A stretch of DNA of 64,000 bases from an uncultured candidate division Zixibacteria bacterium (GTDB taxonomy: Bacteria; Zixibacteria; MSB-5A5; RBG-16-43-9). Location: assembly GCA_963713865.1 (NCBI GenBank), contig OY970208.1, forward strand, positions 1,152,001 through 1,216,000, given 5' to 3'. The first letter of the stretch is position 1; each line of letters opens with the position of its first letter. Positions 10,513 through 19,501 of this stretch are shown here, in pieces. The notes under the pieces are model-generated. The model saw only the letters and a list, made by a program, of their open reading frames with translations, searched no databases and was not told the DNA's origin. Made by a program: the position numbers and the translations under genes.

Positions 10513-11946
10513 ATGGAATCCGAAAAAAGAGGTACTAGAAGAATTAGAACCAATTTCAACTTTGACTTCAGGGTGCCGGATTCAACTAATGCTTCGGTTT
10601 TCACTAATTCCAAGACCAAGAATATTTCCGCCTCCGGCATGCAATTTCTCTCCCCTTTTCCTTTAAATATCGGCTCAAGCATGGAGATTAAACTTTTCCT
10701 TGCCAAAGCGTCTGAACCTTTAATTGTGATTGGCAAGACGATTTACATCTCCCAGGCGGATAAGGAGCAGTATATCATTGGAGTAGCTTTCACTCATATC
10801 GAGCCAGAAGTCAAGGAGGTTTTGAAAAAGCAGATTGAAAACATCGATATTTATCCTCTCTTAGAACAGATGGTAACCCTGCAGGCATCAGATTTACACC
10901 TGACTGCAAAACATCCTCCTACTTTCAGGGTTGACCGGGAATTGAAGGGCTGGAGCAATAAATCCTTGTCCCCAAACGAAGTCAAAAGGTTGGTTTTTTC
11001 AGTTATGACTTCTGAGCAGATCAGCACTTTCGACAAGATGAAGGAGTCAAACTTTGCTTATTCCCTTCCAGGTTTAGGAAGGTGGAGGGTAAATGTTCAT
11101 TTTCAGCAGGGGAATGTGGAATCGGCTTTCCGCTTAATCAAACCGCCGGATAAAAGCATTGTGGATCTGGGACTCCCGATAGTTGTAGAAGAGCTTGCCA
11201 GACAGAACGATGGGTTGGTGGTTGTGTCCGGTCCAGCCGGGGTAGGGAAAAGCACTACCATCGCTGCCATGATAGAGCTAATCAATAAGGAATTCAAGAA
11301 GGTAATTATTACCTTAGAAGACCCGATTGAATTTTTGCATGAGAGTAAAAAATCATTAATCAAACAGAGAGAAATTGGAATCGATACTCATTCGTTCAAA
11401 CATGGCTTGAAACATGTTTTGAGACAGGATCCTAACGTGATATTCATCGGAGAGGTCAGAGACCTGGAGACCATGGTAACTGCCCTGACGGCAGCAGAGA
11501 CCGGGCATCTGGTCTTCACCACTTTGCATACAAGCGATGCTTCCCAGACGATTAACCGGATCCTGGGAATTTTCCCTCATGACCAGAGGCAGGGAGCGGC
11601 ATTACAGCTTTCCTCCTGTCTTAAAGGAGTCATTTGTCAGAAGCTTCTTCCCAGGAGGGATAATCAAGGTCTTGTGCCGGCAACTGAGGTTTTGATAGGC
11701 ACACCCGCAGTCAAAGGGACTATAAGGCAGATGAAGATCGAACAATTACAATCCTTAATCCAAACCGGAGCCCAGGATCAGATGCACAGTATGGATAATT
11801 CGATTTTCCACTTATATGAGAAAAAACTGATTACCTATGAAACTGCAGCTAACTGGATAAAGGAGAGTGCGGTATTAACAGCGTTAGTCGAGAAAAGAAG
11901 ACAGGAACAACTAACCTCACAGAGATTAGTCTCAAAGATACGGTAA
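10513..11946 (+). CDS. pilT: PilZ domain fused to PilT/PilU type IV pilus retraction ATPase
   Basis: ATG 10513 after GAGGAG; PilZ motifs RGTRR and NISASG; ASDLHL, Walker A GPAGVGKST, EDPIE, LRQDP..IFIGEVRD, AETGHLVFTTLH. Confidence 0.9.
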   Translation: MESEKRGTRRIRTNFNFDFRVPDSTNASVFTNSKTKNISASGMQFLSPFPLNIGSSMEIKLFLAKASEPLIVIGKTIYISQADKEQYIIGVAFTHIEPEVKEVLKKQIENIDIYPLLEQMVTLQASDLHLTAKHPPTFRVDRELKGWSNKSLSPNEVKRLVFSVMTSEQISTFDKMKESNFAYSLPGLGRWRVNVHFQQGNVESAFRLIKPPDKSIVDLGLPIVVEELARQNDGLVVVSGPAGVGKSTTIAAMIELINKEFKKVIITLEDPIEFLHESKKSLIKQREIGIDTHSFKHGLKHVLRQDPNVIFIGEVRDLETMVTALTAAETGHLVFTTLHTSDASQTINRILGIFPHDQRQGAALQLSSCLKGVICQKLLPRRDNQGLVPATEVLIGTPAVKGTIRQMKIEQLQSLIQTGAQDQMHSMDNSIFHLYEKKLITYETAANWIKESAVLTALVEKRRQEQLTSQRLVSKIR

Positions 11947-11965
11947 GGAATGGGTAGAGGGAGGA

Positions 11966-11998
11966 AAAGGGGAGAGTTATAAAAACTCTCCCCTTTTT
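11966..11998. terminator. Intrinsic terminator, probably bidirectional
   Basis: AAAAGGGGAGAGTT-ataaa-AACTCTCCCCTTTTT. Confidence 0.8.
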
Positions 11999-12290
11999 AA
12001 TTTTGCGAAAAAAATTACATATCCAATCAAAATATCAACCAGTCTTTCAAGCATGGTTGACCTACTTTTTGTGCAGGTTTTATAATTTCAGTCGGGTCAG
12101 GGACCCGACTGACACCAGTTTTTACAGGTCGGGCTGCAAAGCTACCCGATGCTGATTATAAGATTATGTCGGGCAGTTCCATCAAAGCCAAATAGCCCAA
12201 CCTGCCAACTAACTCCCGCAGGTGATTCCCTTAGAATAACAATTGGTAAGAGCGTTCAATCCGAGAAACGGAGCAGCAGGGTTGACACCC

Positions 12291-13532
12291 CTACTTTTCT
12301 GAAATCATGATTACGTCTTTAGGTAACTTCTTTTCCAGCCAGATAAAGCCAGCGGCAGCAATAATGCCTAAAATGGAGATAATCCCCCAGAGGGTTACTG
12401 GCTTAGTGCTGAACAAGTCTATTAAAATCCCACCAATTAAAGGTCCGATTGACCAGCCCAGAGCATAGGAAAGCCCATACCCACCCATATACAACCCGTG
12501 ATGTTTTTCCCTGGAAAGATTGGCTGCTATTGCCATTGAGGCAGGCAGGACCATGATCTCTGAAAACGAGATGATAACCATACAGAACAGGAGCCAGCCA
12601 AAAGAGCCGGAAAATCCAAATAAGAAATATCCCAAAGAATATCCAATACTACCCCAGAAAATGACCCGGGTTAAGATTTTAGACTGGGAAAACTTAGATG
12701 CCGGTAACTGAAACAGAATAACGATGGAACCATTAACGGCAAAAAGAAATCCTAACTGAGCTTCAGAGATACCTACATAATCTACGGAGAAGACTGATAT
12801 GGTTGAAACCAGTTGCCCGATCACGACAAAGATGATAAGTGAGACAGCACAATAGAGGAGAAAAAGATGGTCAGCTCTTAGCTTGCCCAGGTCCTTAAAG
12901 GTAAATTTCTCATTAGAGGAATCGATTTTAATCGTTTCAGGTAAAAAGAAGAAAACAAGGGCAGAGGAGACAAAGGTCAAGACCCCACCGAAAATAAAAA
13001 GGAGTGGATAGGAAGCTGAGGCTAAAAAACCGCCAATCACAGGACCAAAAGCCCAGCCGGTATTACCCCCTATTCTCAATAGACTATATGCCTCTACTCT
13101 TTTCTCCTTAGGGACTATGTCTGCAGCCATGGCATTAGCAACTGGCTGGTAAAACCCGCCAAACATCCAGCTCAATACGATAGTCAAAGACCAGATAGAA
13201 AAACTTGCTCCTCTATAGGCAAGTGCTGCCATAAAAAGGAAGGAAAGCCCTCTAAGAAACTGAGCCACACCCATTATCTTTACCCTGCCAACTTTATCCG
13301 AAAGATGTCCACCAATTAAACCAAAAAGGGCACGACTGATTGCGGCAACTCCGAAAAGTAACCCGACCTTGGTCATAGGGATTTTCATCTGGTTATGGAA
13401 ATAGATGCTCAAATAGGGGATGGCCATAGCAAACCCCATAGCGGATATCATCCAGCCAGAAACCAGAATCCACAACCGGTAATCATAGCTTTTGAGAAAA
13501 GATGATATTTTTGAGAAGTTAAGCTGGGGCAT
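12291..13532 (-). CDS. MFS transporter
   Basis: Motif A GHLSDKVGRVK, about 12 TM segments; start placed at ATG 13532 because the longer ORF runs through an intergenic repeat. Confidence 0.88.
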   Translation of the reverse strand: MPQLNFSKISSFLKSYDYRLWILVSGWMISAMGFAMAIPYLSIYFHNQMKIPMTKVGLLFGVAAISRALFGLIGGHLSDKVGRVKIMGVAQFLRGLSFLFMAALAYRGASFSIWSLTIVLSWMFGGFYQPVANAMAADIVPKEKRVEAYSLLRIGGNTGWAFGPVIGGFLASASYPLLFIFGGVLTFVSSALVFFFLPETIKIDSSNEKFTFKDLGKLRADHLFLLYCAVSLIIFVVIGQLVSTISVFSVDYVGISEAQLGFLFAVNGSIVILFQLPASKFSQSKILTRVIFWGSIGYSLGYFLFGFSGSFGWLLFCMVIISFSEIMVLPASMAIAANLSREKHHGLYMGGYGLSYALGWSIGPLIGGILIDLFSTKPVTLWGIISILGIIAAAGFIWLEKKLPKDVIMISEK

Positions 13533-13727
13533 ATTAATACAACCAAGCAGACTAAATTTCTGCCAAGATAAGATAGACCGGGTAATTTTGCAATAATTAA
13601 ATGACAAAGGATATATGACGAATAAAGGATAAAGAATAAAAGCAATAGGTATCCCACCTTGGAGCAAGATGGGATTACAGATTTTATAGGGGACGGATCT
13701 ATTTAGATGCACTCTAAAGTCAAAGCT

Positions 13728-13800
13728 GTCATGCTGAGCGTAGCGAAGCATCTACAATCAAAAAAAGGATTTTTAGTCCTCTCAGGGGATCCAGAATAAC
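13728..13800. repeat. REP-like family E (GTCAT.CTGAGCG.AGCGAAG.ATCT ... CAGAAT.AC)
   Basis: Related copies near 34354-34425, 53754-53815, 58400-58499, 62588-62659. Confidence 0.75.
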
Positions 13801-13883
13801 AGGTAGAATTATTTTTGACATTTATCTTCAAATTAGATATATTTTTCCTGTCCTGCGGATCCGAAATTCAGAAAGGAATTTTT

Positions 13884-14870
13884 ATGCCGGCTAATTTAAC
13901 CCCTCAATATTTAGAGGCGGAAAGTAAGTATAAAGAAGCAAAAACCCCGGAGGATAAACTTTCTGCCTTAGAGGAGATGCTTGCCACTATACCAAAACAT
14001 AAGGGGACGGAAAAGCTTCAAGCAGATATAAAAAGAAGAATCTCAAACCTTAAAGAACAGGATAAGAAAAGTAAAGGTGCGAAAAGGGAAGATCATTATT
14101 ATATTAAAAAGGAGGGGGCTGGGCAGGTAGTGATGATCGGTCCTCCAAATGCAGGAAAATCCCAGCTCTTAGCCTCTTTAACTCATGCTAAGCCAGAGGT
14201 TGCTCCATTCCCCTTCACTACTCAAAAACCCTTAGCCGGAATGATGCCTTATGAGAATATCCAGATCCAGTTAATCGATACCCCTCCGATCTCCTCGGAT
14301 TTTTTTGAGAGCGGGATCCTGGGGGTTATCCGTAATGCAGATATTATCTGGTTAGTGATCGATTTAAGTTCTGACGATCCATCAGTTGAATTAGAGATAG
14401 TCAGGAAAAGATTAGAGGAGAAGAAGGTTAAATTATACAGAGATGAAAAAGGGGTACCTTTAGAAACCGGAGAGGTTTGCAAAAAGACTATGCTTTTAGG
14501 TAACAAAAATGATTTAGAGAACGCTCCGGAGAACTGGGAGATAATAAAGGGGTTGTATAGTTCTTCTTTCCTCTTGTATTCTATCTCTGCTGAAAAAAAA
14601 CATGGTTTAGAAGAACTGAAAATAAAGACTTTTAATAATTTAGAGATACTACGGGTTTATACTAAAATCCCTGGAAAACCTGCTGATTATACCAATCCGG
14701 TGATTTTAAAAAAGGGGCATAAGTTGATGGATGCCGCTTTGGCTATTCATAAAGATTTTGCCCATAATTTAAAATATGCCCGGATCTGGGGGAAGGGTAA
14801 ATACGAGGGACAGATGGTTCATCGGGACCAGATTTTAGAGGATGGTGATGTGATAGAGTTTCATATTTAG
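13884..14870 (+). CDS. DRG/Rbg-like OBG-family GTPase with C-terminal TGS domain
   Basis: MPANL start; PKHKGTEKL; G1 GPPNAGKS, G2 FTT, G3 DTPP, G4 NKND; TGS end YARIWG...GQMV..D..LEDGDVIEFH. Confidence 0.9.
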   Translation: MPANLTPQYLEAESKYKEAKTPEDKLSALEEMLATIPKHKGTEKLQADIKRRISNLKEQDKKSKGAKREDHYYIKKEGAGQVVMIGPPNAGKSQLLASLTHAKPEVAPFPFTTQKPLAGMMPYENIQIQLIDTPPISSDFFESGILGVIRNADIIWLVIDLSSDDPSVELEIVRKRLEEKKVKLYRDEKGVPLETGEVCKKTMLLGNKNDLENAPENWEIIKGLYSSSFLLYSISAEKKHGLEELKIKTFNNLEILRVYTKIPGKPADYTNPVILKKGHKLMDAALAIHKDFAHNLKYARIWGKGKYEGQMVHRDQILEDGDVIEFHI

Positions 14871-15018
14871 TTTTTTCAAATAGAACAAACTACTTGTCTG
14901 TTCTATTTGTCAGAGAGTGAAACCTGTTTTACGAAGGTGAAGTCACAGGAATGTCTGGTCTACTTTGCGGGCGAGGCAACCTCGCCCCTACAAAAAAACA
15001 TTTTCAGAAGGTATCTAT

Positions 15019-15354
15019 ATGAAAAAAGTTATAGTGATAAATAATGAAAGGATGGGACAGGGGGAGTTTGAGTTAACTACTCTCTTGATGGGAAATTTCT
15101 TGAGGGCTTTGATCAGTTCATCTAAAAAACCAGATTACTTAATTTTTTATGGAGCTGGGGTTAAATTGGTCTCAGATAGCTCGCCTTATCTTGAAGTACT
15201 TGCCACCCTCGAGAATATGAGAGTTGAATTACTTTCCTGTTCCACCCGTCTTAATTATTATGGTCTTGTAGACAAAGTTAAAGTGGGAAGAAAGAGTAAT
15301 ATGGCTGAAATAGTAGAAGTCTTATTAAAATCCGATGGTACAATTACAATGTAG
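15019..15354 (+). CDS. DsrE/YedF-like sulfurtransferase-family protein
   Basis: MG.GE.EL..LLM.NFL, GVKL, C.T.LNYYGL..KVKVG..SNM motifs. Confidence 0.8.
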   Translation: MKKVIVINNERMGQGEFELTTLLMGNFLRALISSSKKPDYLIFYGAGVKLVSDSSPYLEVLATLENMRVELLSCSTRLNYYGLVDKVKVGRKSNMAEIVEVLLKSDGTITM

Positions 15355-15370
15355 CAAGCTATAAAAGCTG

Positions 15371-15453
15371 GTAGCCGAAGACCTTATGTCTTCGTTATTA
15401 TACTTGTTCACAAGCTGAAGTCCGTGAAGCGGATCCGTAGGACTTACGGCTAC
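15371..15453. repeat. REP-like family H (GTAGCCG.A.ACCTT ... GACTTA.G...CGGCTAC)
   Basis: Related copy at about 24682-24739. Confidence 0.7.
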
Positions 15454-15470
15454 CGAGAGCGAGATCGGTT

Positions 15471-16064
15471 ATGTCAAAAAAAGAATATTTTGATAGGTAT
15501 GCTCACAGATGGGATCAGTTTTATGACTTAGAGACGAAGAATAAATTAGGAGAGCTGGTCAACAGTTTCAGACTTGAAAAAGGCTCACAGGTTTTAGATT
15601 TGGGATGCGGGACCGGTATTTTATTTCCGTCAATCTTGAGAGCTATTGGCAAAAAAGGGAGACTCTTCGGCGTAGATTTTTCAACCAAGATGCTCTTGGA
15701 AGCCCGGAGAAAATTTCAGGATGTAAATATCGTATTGGTCTGTGCTCCTGCAGAGAACCTTCCTTTTCTGCCCGAGTCTTTTGATTACGTGATCGCTTTT
15801 GCATCTTTTCCTCACTTCCAAAATAAGGCTAAAGCTATAGAAGAGATAAGCAGAGTCCTGAAAAAAAGAGGGAAACTTTTTATTGCCCATCTTCTGAGTA
15901 GAAAAGAGTTAAAAGAACATCATCGCCAATCTGGAGATAAAGAGGTCAGAAATGACGTTCTACCTGCAGAGAAAATTTTAAGATGTATGTTGAAGAAAAA
16001 AGGGTTTAAAAAAATTACGATAGTGGATGAACCCTCTTTATATCTTGCCTGTGGGTTAAAATGA
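15471..16064 (+). CDS. Class I SAM-dependent methyltransferase
   Basis: VLDLGCGTG, GVDFS..ML, AENLPF..ESFD. Confidence 0.9.
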   Translation: MSKKEYFDRYAHRWDQFYDLETKNKLGELVNSFRLEKGSQVLDLGCGTGILFPSILRAIGKKGRLFGVDFSTKMLLEARRKFQDVNIVLVCAPAENLPFLPESFDYVIAFASFPHFQNKAKAIEEISRVLKKRGKLFIAHLLSRKELKEHHRQSGDKEVRNDVLPAEKILRCMLKKKGFKKITIVDEPSLYLACGLK

Positions 16065-16585
16065 AGATTTCTCCCAAACAGATTAGTCTGAGTGCCCTTT
16101 TTGTCTCCCTGGGTATTATTTTTCCATTTTTATTTCATCAGTTTGGTTTAGCAGGCAGGATTTTCTCACCGATGCATTTCCCGGTTTTTTTCGCTGGAAT
16201 TCTGATTGGACCTTTAAGCGGTGCCGTAGTTGGTATTTTATCTCCTATTCTGAGCTTTTTTCTTACCGGAATGCCACCTCCTTATGCAGTTCCTTTAATG
16301 GCTTTAGAGCTTCCTACTTACGGGGCAACCATAGGATTCTTTTACAGATATGTAAAAATCCCCTTGATAATGAGTCTTTTACTTTCTATGATTGCCGGGC
16401 GGGTAGCCTTTGCTATAGGGATATTTATTATCGGAACTTTTGTTAAACTTCCTGTAAGTTTTTACTCATTTTTAGAAGCCTCCTTTATTACTGGGCTCCC
16501 TGGTATACTCCTGCAGTTAATCTTGATCCCGATTTTAAGTTTTAGGTTAAAAAGAATTTTTTCTCATAACTTCCCCAAGGATTAA
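16061..16585 (+). CDS. ECF transporter S component
   Basis: PMHFPVFFAGILIGP..G..VG.LSP..S..LTGMPP, GLPGILLQLILIP; overlaps upstream stop codon. Confidence 0.85.
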   Translation: MKISPKQISLSALFVSLGIIFPFLFHQFGLAGRIFSPMHFPVFFAGILIGPLSGAVVGILSPILSFFLTGMPPPYAVPLMALELPTYGATIGFFYRYVKIPLIMSLLLSMIAGRVAFAIGIFIIGTFVKLPVSFYSFLEASFITGLPGILLQLILIPILSFRLKRIFSHNFPKD

Positions 16586-16632
16586 GCTTTAGTCAATTTT
16601 TCCGAAAATAATACAATAGGGGGAATTCCCAT

Positions 16633-18615
16633 ATGAAAAATATTCAGAGAGAGATGAAAAAAATCGAGAGAAAAGATTGGTACCTCTGGATTCTGACTTC
16701 TATGGTCTTTTTAATCTTCACAGCTTTTATTCTACTTTTAATCTTCTATTCAGATCTTAGAGATTTTTACGAGGAGGAGCTTTCCAGCAGTACCTTTAAT
16801 GTCCTTTTCGTTGGATTTACCGGCATATCTCTACTCTTCTTAGCCTACATCCTTCTCAAAGAGAAGTCTATAAAAAAGCTGCGGGACGAATTGATAAAAG
16901 AGAAGATTTTAACTCAATCTTTAGAAGAGCACTTTCAAGAATTAAAAGCTTTGTTTGAGGTGAGCACCCTGGTAAATTCTGAGATCGAACTGACTTTAGC
17001 CCTGGATTTGATTTCCAAGACAGTCTTGAACTCCCTGCAAGCTGACAGGTCATCACTTTTACTTTTTAATAAAGAGAAAAACAAACTGGTCTGTGTCTCT
17101 GCTCATGGAAAATCAAGTGAAAAGATAAAATATATAGAACTGAATCCAGATGAAGGTGTAGCTGGATGGGTTATGACTCATAGGGAGCCGCTTCTTTTAG
17201 GAGAAGAGCTGCAAAGGGATAAGTTTAAAAACTATATTCCCAAAGAGGAGAAGATATTTTCCTCTTTAAGCGTCCCCTTGAAAGTGAAAAAAGAGATAAT
17301 CGGGGTATTAAATGTCAGCTCGATGACTGAAGAAAAGGAATTCAATGAGGTTGATTTGAAATTGATCTCGATATTTGCCCAGAATGCTGCAATTGCCATT
17401 GAAAAGGGAGAGTTATACTTAGAGTTAAAAGAACAGGCTGAGGCTTTGAAAAAGACCTTAGAGGATTTGAGAAACACCCAGAAACAGTTAGTTCAATCTG
17501 AAAAAATGAGAGCTTTAGGGGATCTAGCTGGAGGAGTAGCGCATGACTTCAATAATATATTAGGGAGTATAACAGGACGGGCTGAACTGCTTTTAAGACA
17601 GTCTAAAGAGGAAGAGTTTAAAAAAGGATTGATGCTGATTATATCGGTAGCAAATGACGGGGCAGAAATAATCAGAAGATTGCAGGAATACACTAAAGTC
17701 GGTAAAGAAGCAATTTTCGTTAAAGTAGACTTAAACAAGATAATCCAGCAGGTAGTGGAGATAACCCGGTTCAAGTGGAAAGACGAAGCTTTAGCTAAGG
17801 GGATTAAGATCAATATTGATATGGACTTAAAACAGATAGGATCTATCGCGGGTAATCCTTCGGAGTTGAGAGAAATATTGATTAACTTGATCCTGAATGC
17901 AATTGAAGCCCTGCCCAAGGGAGGGAATATCACCTTGAAAACCTGGATGGAAAATAGTGATGTCTTCACCTCTGTTAAAGATGATGGTATAGGTATGAAT
18001 GAGGAGGTTAAAGCTAATATCTTTGAACCTTTTTTTACCATGAAAGGTGCAACAGGAACCGGTTTAGGTTTATCTATAGTTTACGGGATAGTTTCCAAAC
18101 ATCAGGGTAGTATAACGGTTGACTCAGAACCGGGTAAAGGGACTAACTTCGTTCTTAAATTTCCGCTTGCTAGTCTGACCCAGAAGGAAGAAAAAGAGAT
18201 CTCGATTATTGATTTTCAACCGGCCAACATATTAGTCATCGATGATGAGAAAAATATACGGGATATGGTCTTAGAGATGCTAACCATACAAGGACATTCT
18301 GTTACCTTAGCTGTGGATGGGATACAAGGGATTGAATTTTTTAAAAGAAAAGATTACGATTTAGTTTTAACTGATCTAACTATGCCCGATATAACTGGCT
18401 GGGAGGTTTCAAAGGTAATCAAATCTATAAACACATCTGTCAAAGTGGCATTGATGACTGGCTGGGGAGTTCAGATAGAAAAGGAAGAAGCAAAGCTCAA
18501 AGGAATTGATTATCTGATCTCAAAACCTTTTAAAGAGAATCAATTGCTCTTTGTAGTCTCTGAAGCACTGAAAGCAAAGAAGAATTATTTACCCGAAAAA
18601 CCTGTTTCAGTTTGA
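16633..18615 (+). CDS. Membrane hybrid sensor histidine kinase (2 TM, GAF, HisKA, HATPase, receiver)
   Basis: GVAHDFNNIL H-box, NLILNA, DDGIGM, FEPFFT, GTGLGL; receiver IDDE...DLVLTD...KPF. Confidence 0.93.
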   Translation: MKNIQREMKKIERKDWYLWILTSMVFLIFTAFILLLIFYSDLRDFYEEELSSSTFNVLFVGFTGISLLFLAYILLKEKSIKKLRDELIKEKILTQSLEEHFQELKALFEVSTLVNSEIELTLALDLISKTVLNSLQADRSSLLLFNKEKNKLVCVSAHGKSSEKIKYIELNPDEGVAGWVMTHREPLLLGEELQRDKFKNYIPKEEKIFSSLSVPLKVKKEIIGVLNVSSMTEEKEFNEVDLKLISIFAQNAAIAIEKGELYLELKEQAEALKKTLEDLRNTQKQLVQSEKMRALGDLAGGVAHDFNNILGSITGRAELLLRQSKEEEFKKGLMLIISVANDGAEIIRRLQEYTKVGKEAIFVKVDLNKIIQQVVEITRFKWKDEALAKGIKINIDMDLKQIGSIAGNPSELREILINLILNAIEALPKGGNITLKTWMENSDVFTSVKDDGIGMNEEVKANIFEPFFTMKGATGTGLGLSIVYGIVSKHQGSITVDSEPGKGTNFVLKFPLASLTQKEEKEISIIDFQPANILVIDDEKNIRDMVLEMLTIQGHSVTLAVDGIQGIEFFKRKDYDLVLTDLTMPDITGWEVSKVIKSINTSVKVALMTGWGVQIEKEEAKLKGIDYLISKPFKENQLLFVVSEALKAKKNYLPEKPVSV

Positions 18616-18625
18616 GACAATAGAT

Positions 18626-18673
18626 ATTCTATATTTTGAGTTTTATATTTCATTGAAACACAATATATTGTGA
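18626..18673. promoter_or_regulatory. Tandem NrdR boxes upstream of thyX-nrdJ
   Basis: ACACAATATATTGTGA (18658-18673) fits acaCwAtATaTwGtg; weaker ATTCTATATTTTGAGT 32 bp upstream. Confidence 0.75.
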
Positions 18674-18701
18674 TTTTTTTCAATAAAATAAAAATTTTTC
18701 C

Positions 18702-18729
18702 TTGACATCTTTTCTGATTTAGTTAAAAT
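18702..18729 (+). promoter_or_regulatory. sigma70-type promoter for thyX-nrdJ
   Basis: TTGACA-16 nt-TAAAAT. Confidence 0.6.
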
Positions 18730-18844
18730 AGATTATAGAAAGTTAGCAGAAGTTTTTGGTGGTATCCCACCAATTATTTATCCAATTTTTGCTCTTTAGA
18801 ATAAAATTCTTTAAAGGAAAATTATCGTCTAAAAAGGTATAAAT

Positions 18845-19501
18845 ATGAAAGTAGAATTGATGGCTATAACTCCTCAGGCTGAAGATGTGATTGAAAAAGC
18901 CTGTCGCACCTGTTATCTTTCCTTTCACCGTTATAATCCTCCTTCATCCACTGAAGAGTTGATAAAAAAAATTATCAGGAAAGGGCATCACTCGGTTTTA
19001 GAACATGCCTATGCCACCTTCAGGATCAAAGGTGGCTCAAGGGTATTTACCCATGAGATGGTCAGGCACCGGCTTATGTCCCCTTCCCAGGAGAGCCAGA
19101 GATATGTGGAATATGGTAAGACCAAAGAGTTTGAATTTGTAATTCCACCAACCATAGAGAAAACCTCTTTTAAAGATAGATTTAAAAAAGTAGCTTTAGA
19201 GCTTAAAGATTTTTATGAGGAGATGGTGAGAACCGAAATCCCAAAGGAAGATGCCAGATATATCCTTCCGAATGCTACTGTCTCCGAAATAGTGGTATCT
19301 GCCAATTTCCGGGAGTTGAGACATATCTTTGAAGTAAGATGCGTGGAAAGAGCACACTGGGAGATAAGAGAAATTTGTCTGGAAATGCTTAAGATAATGA
19401 AAAAGGAAGCTCCCATAGTTTTCTGGGACTTTAAAATAGATGAGAATAATAAAATAGCCCTATCCGTAGGAGAGGAGGAAATAAATGCAGGGGACAGTTG
19501 A
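18845..19501 (+). CDS. thyX: FAD-dependent thymidylate synthase
   Basis: GHHSVLEH, RHR..S.SQESQRY, EDARYILP, NFRELRH, AHWEIR. Confidence 0.95.
   Translation: MKVELMAITPQAEDVIEKACRTCYLSFHRYNPPSSTEELIKKIIRKGHHSVLEHAYATFRIKGGSRVFTHEMVRHRLMSPSQESQRYVEYGKTKEFEFVIPPTIEKTSFKDRFKKVALELKDFYEEMVRTEIPKEDARYILPNATVSEIVVSANFRELRHIFEVRCVERAHWEIREICLEMLKIMKKEAPIVFWDFKIDENNKIALSVGEEEINAGDS

Noticed and set aside
13533-13751. Extended N-terminus of the MFS transporter
   Set aside because: Begins within repeat family E; ATG 13532 gives a normal-length MFS protein
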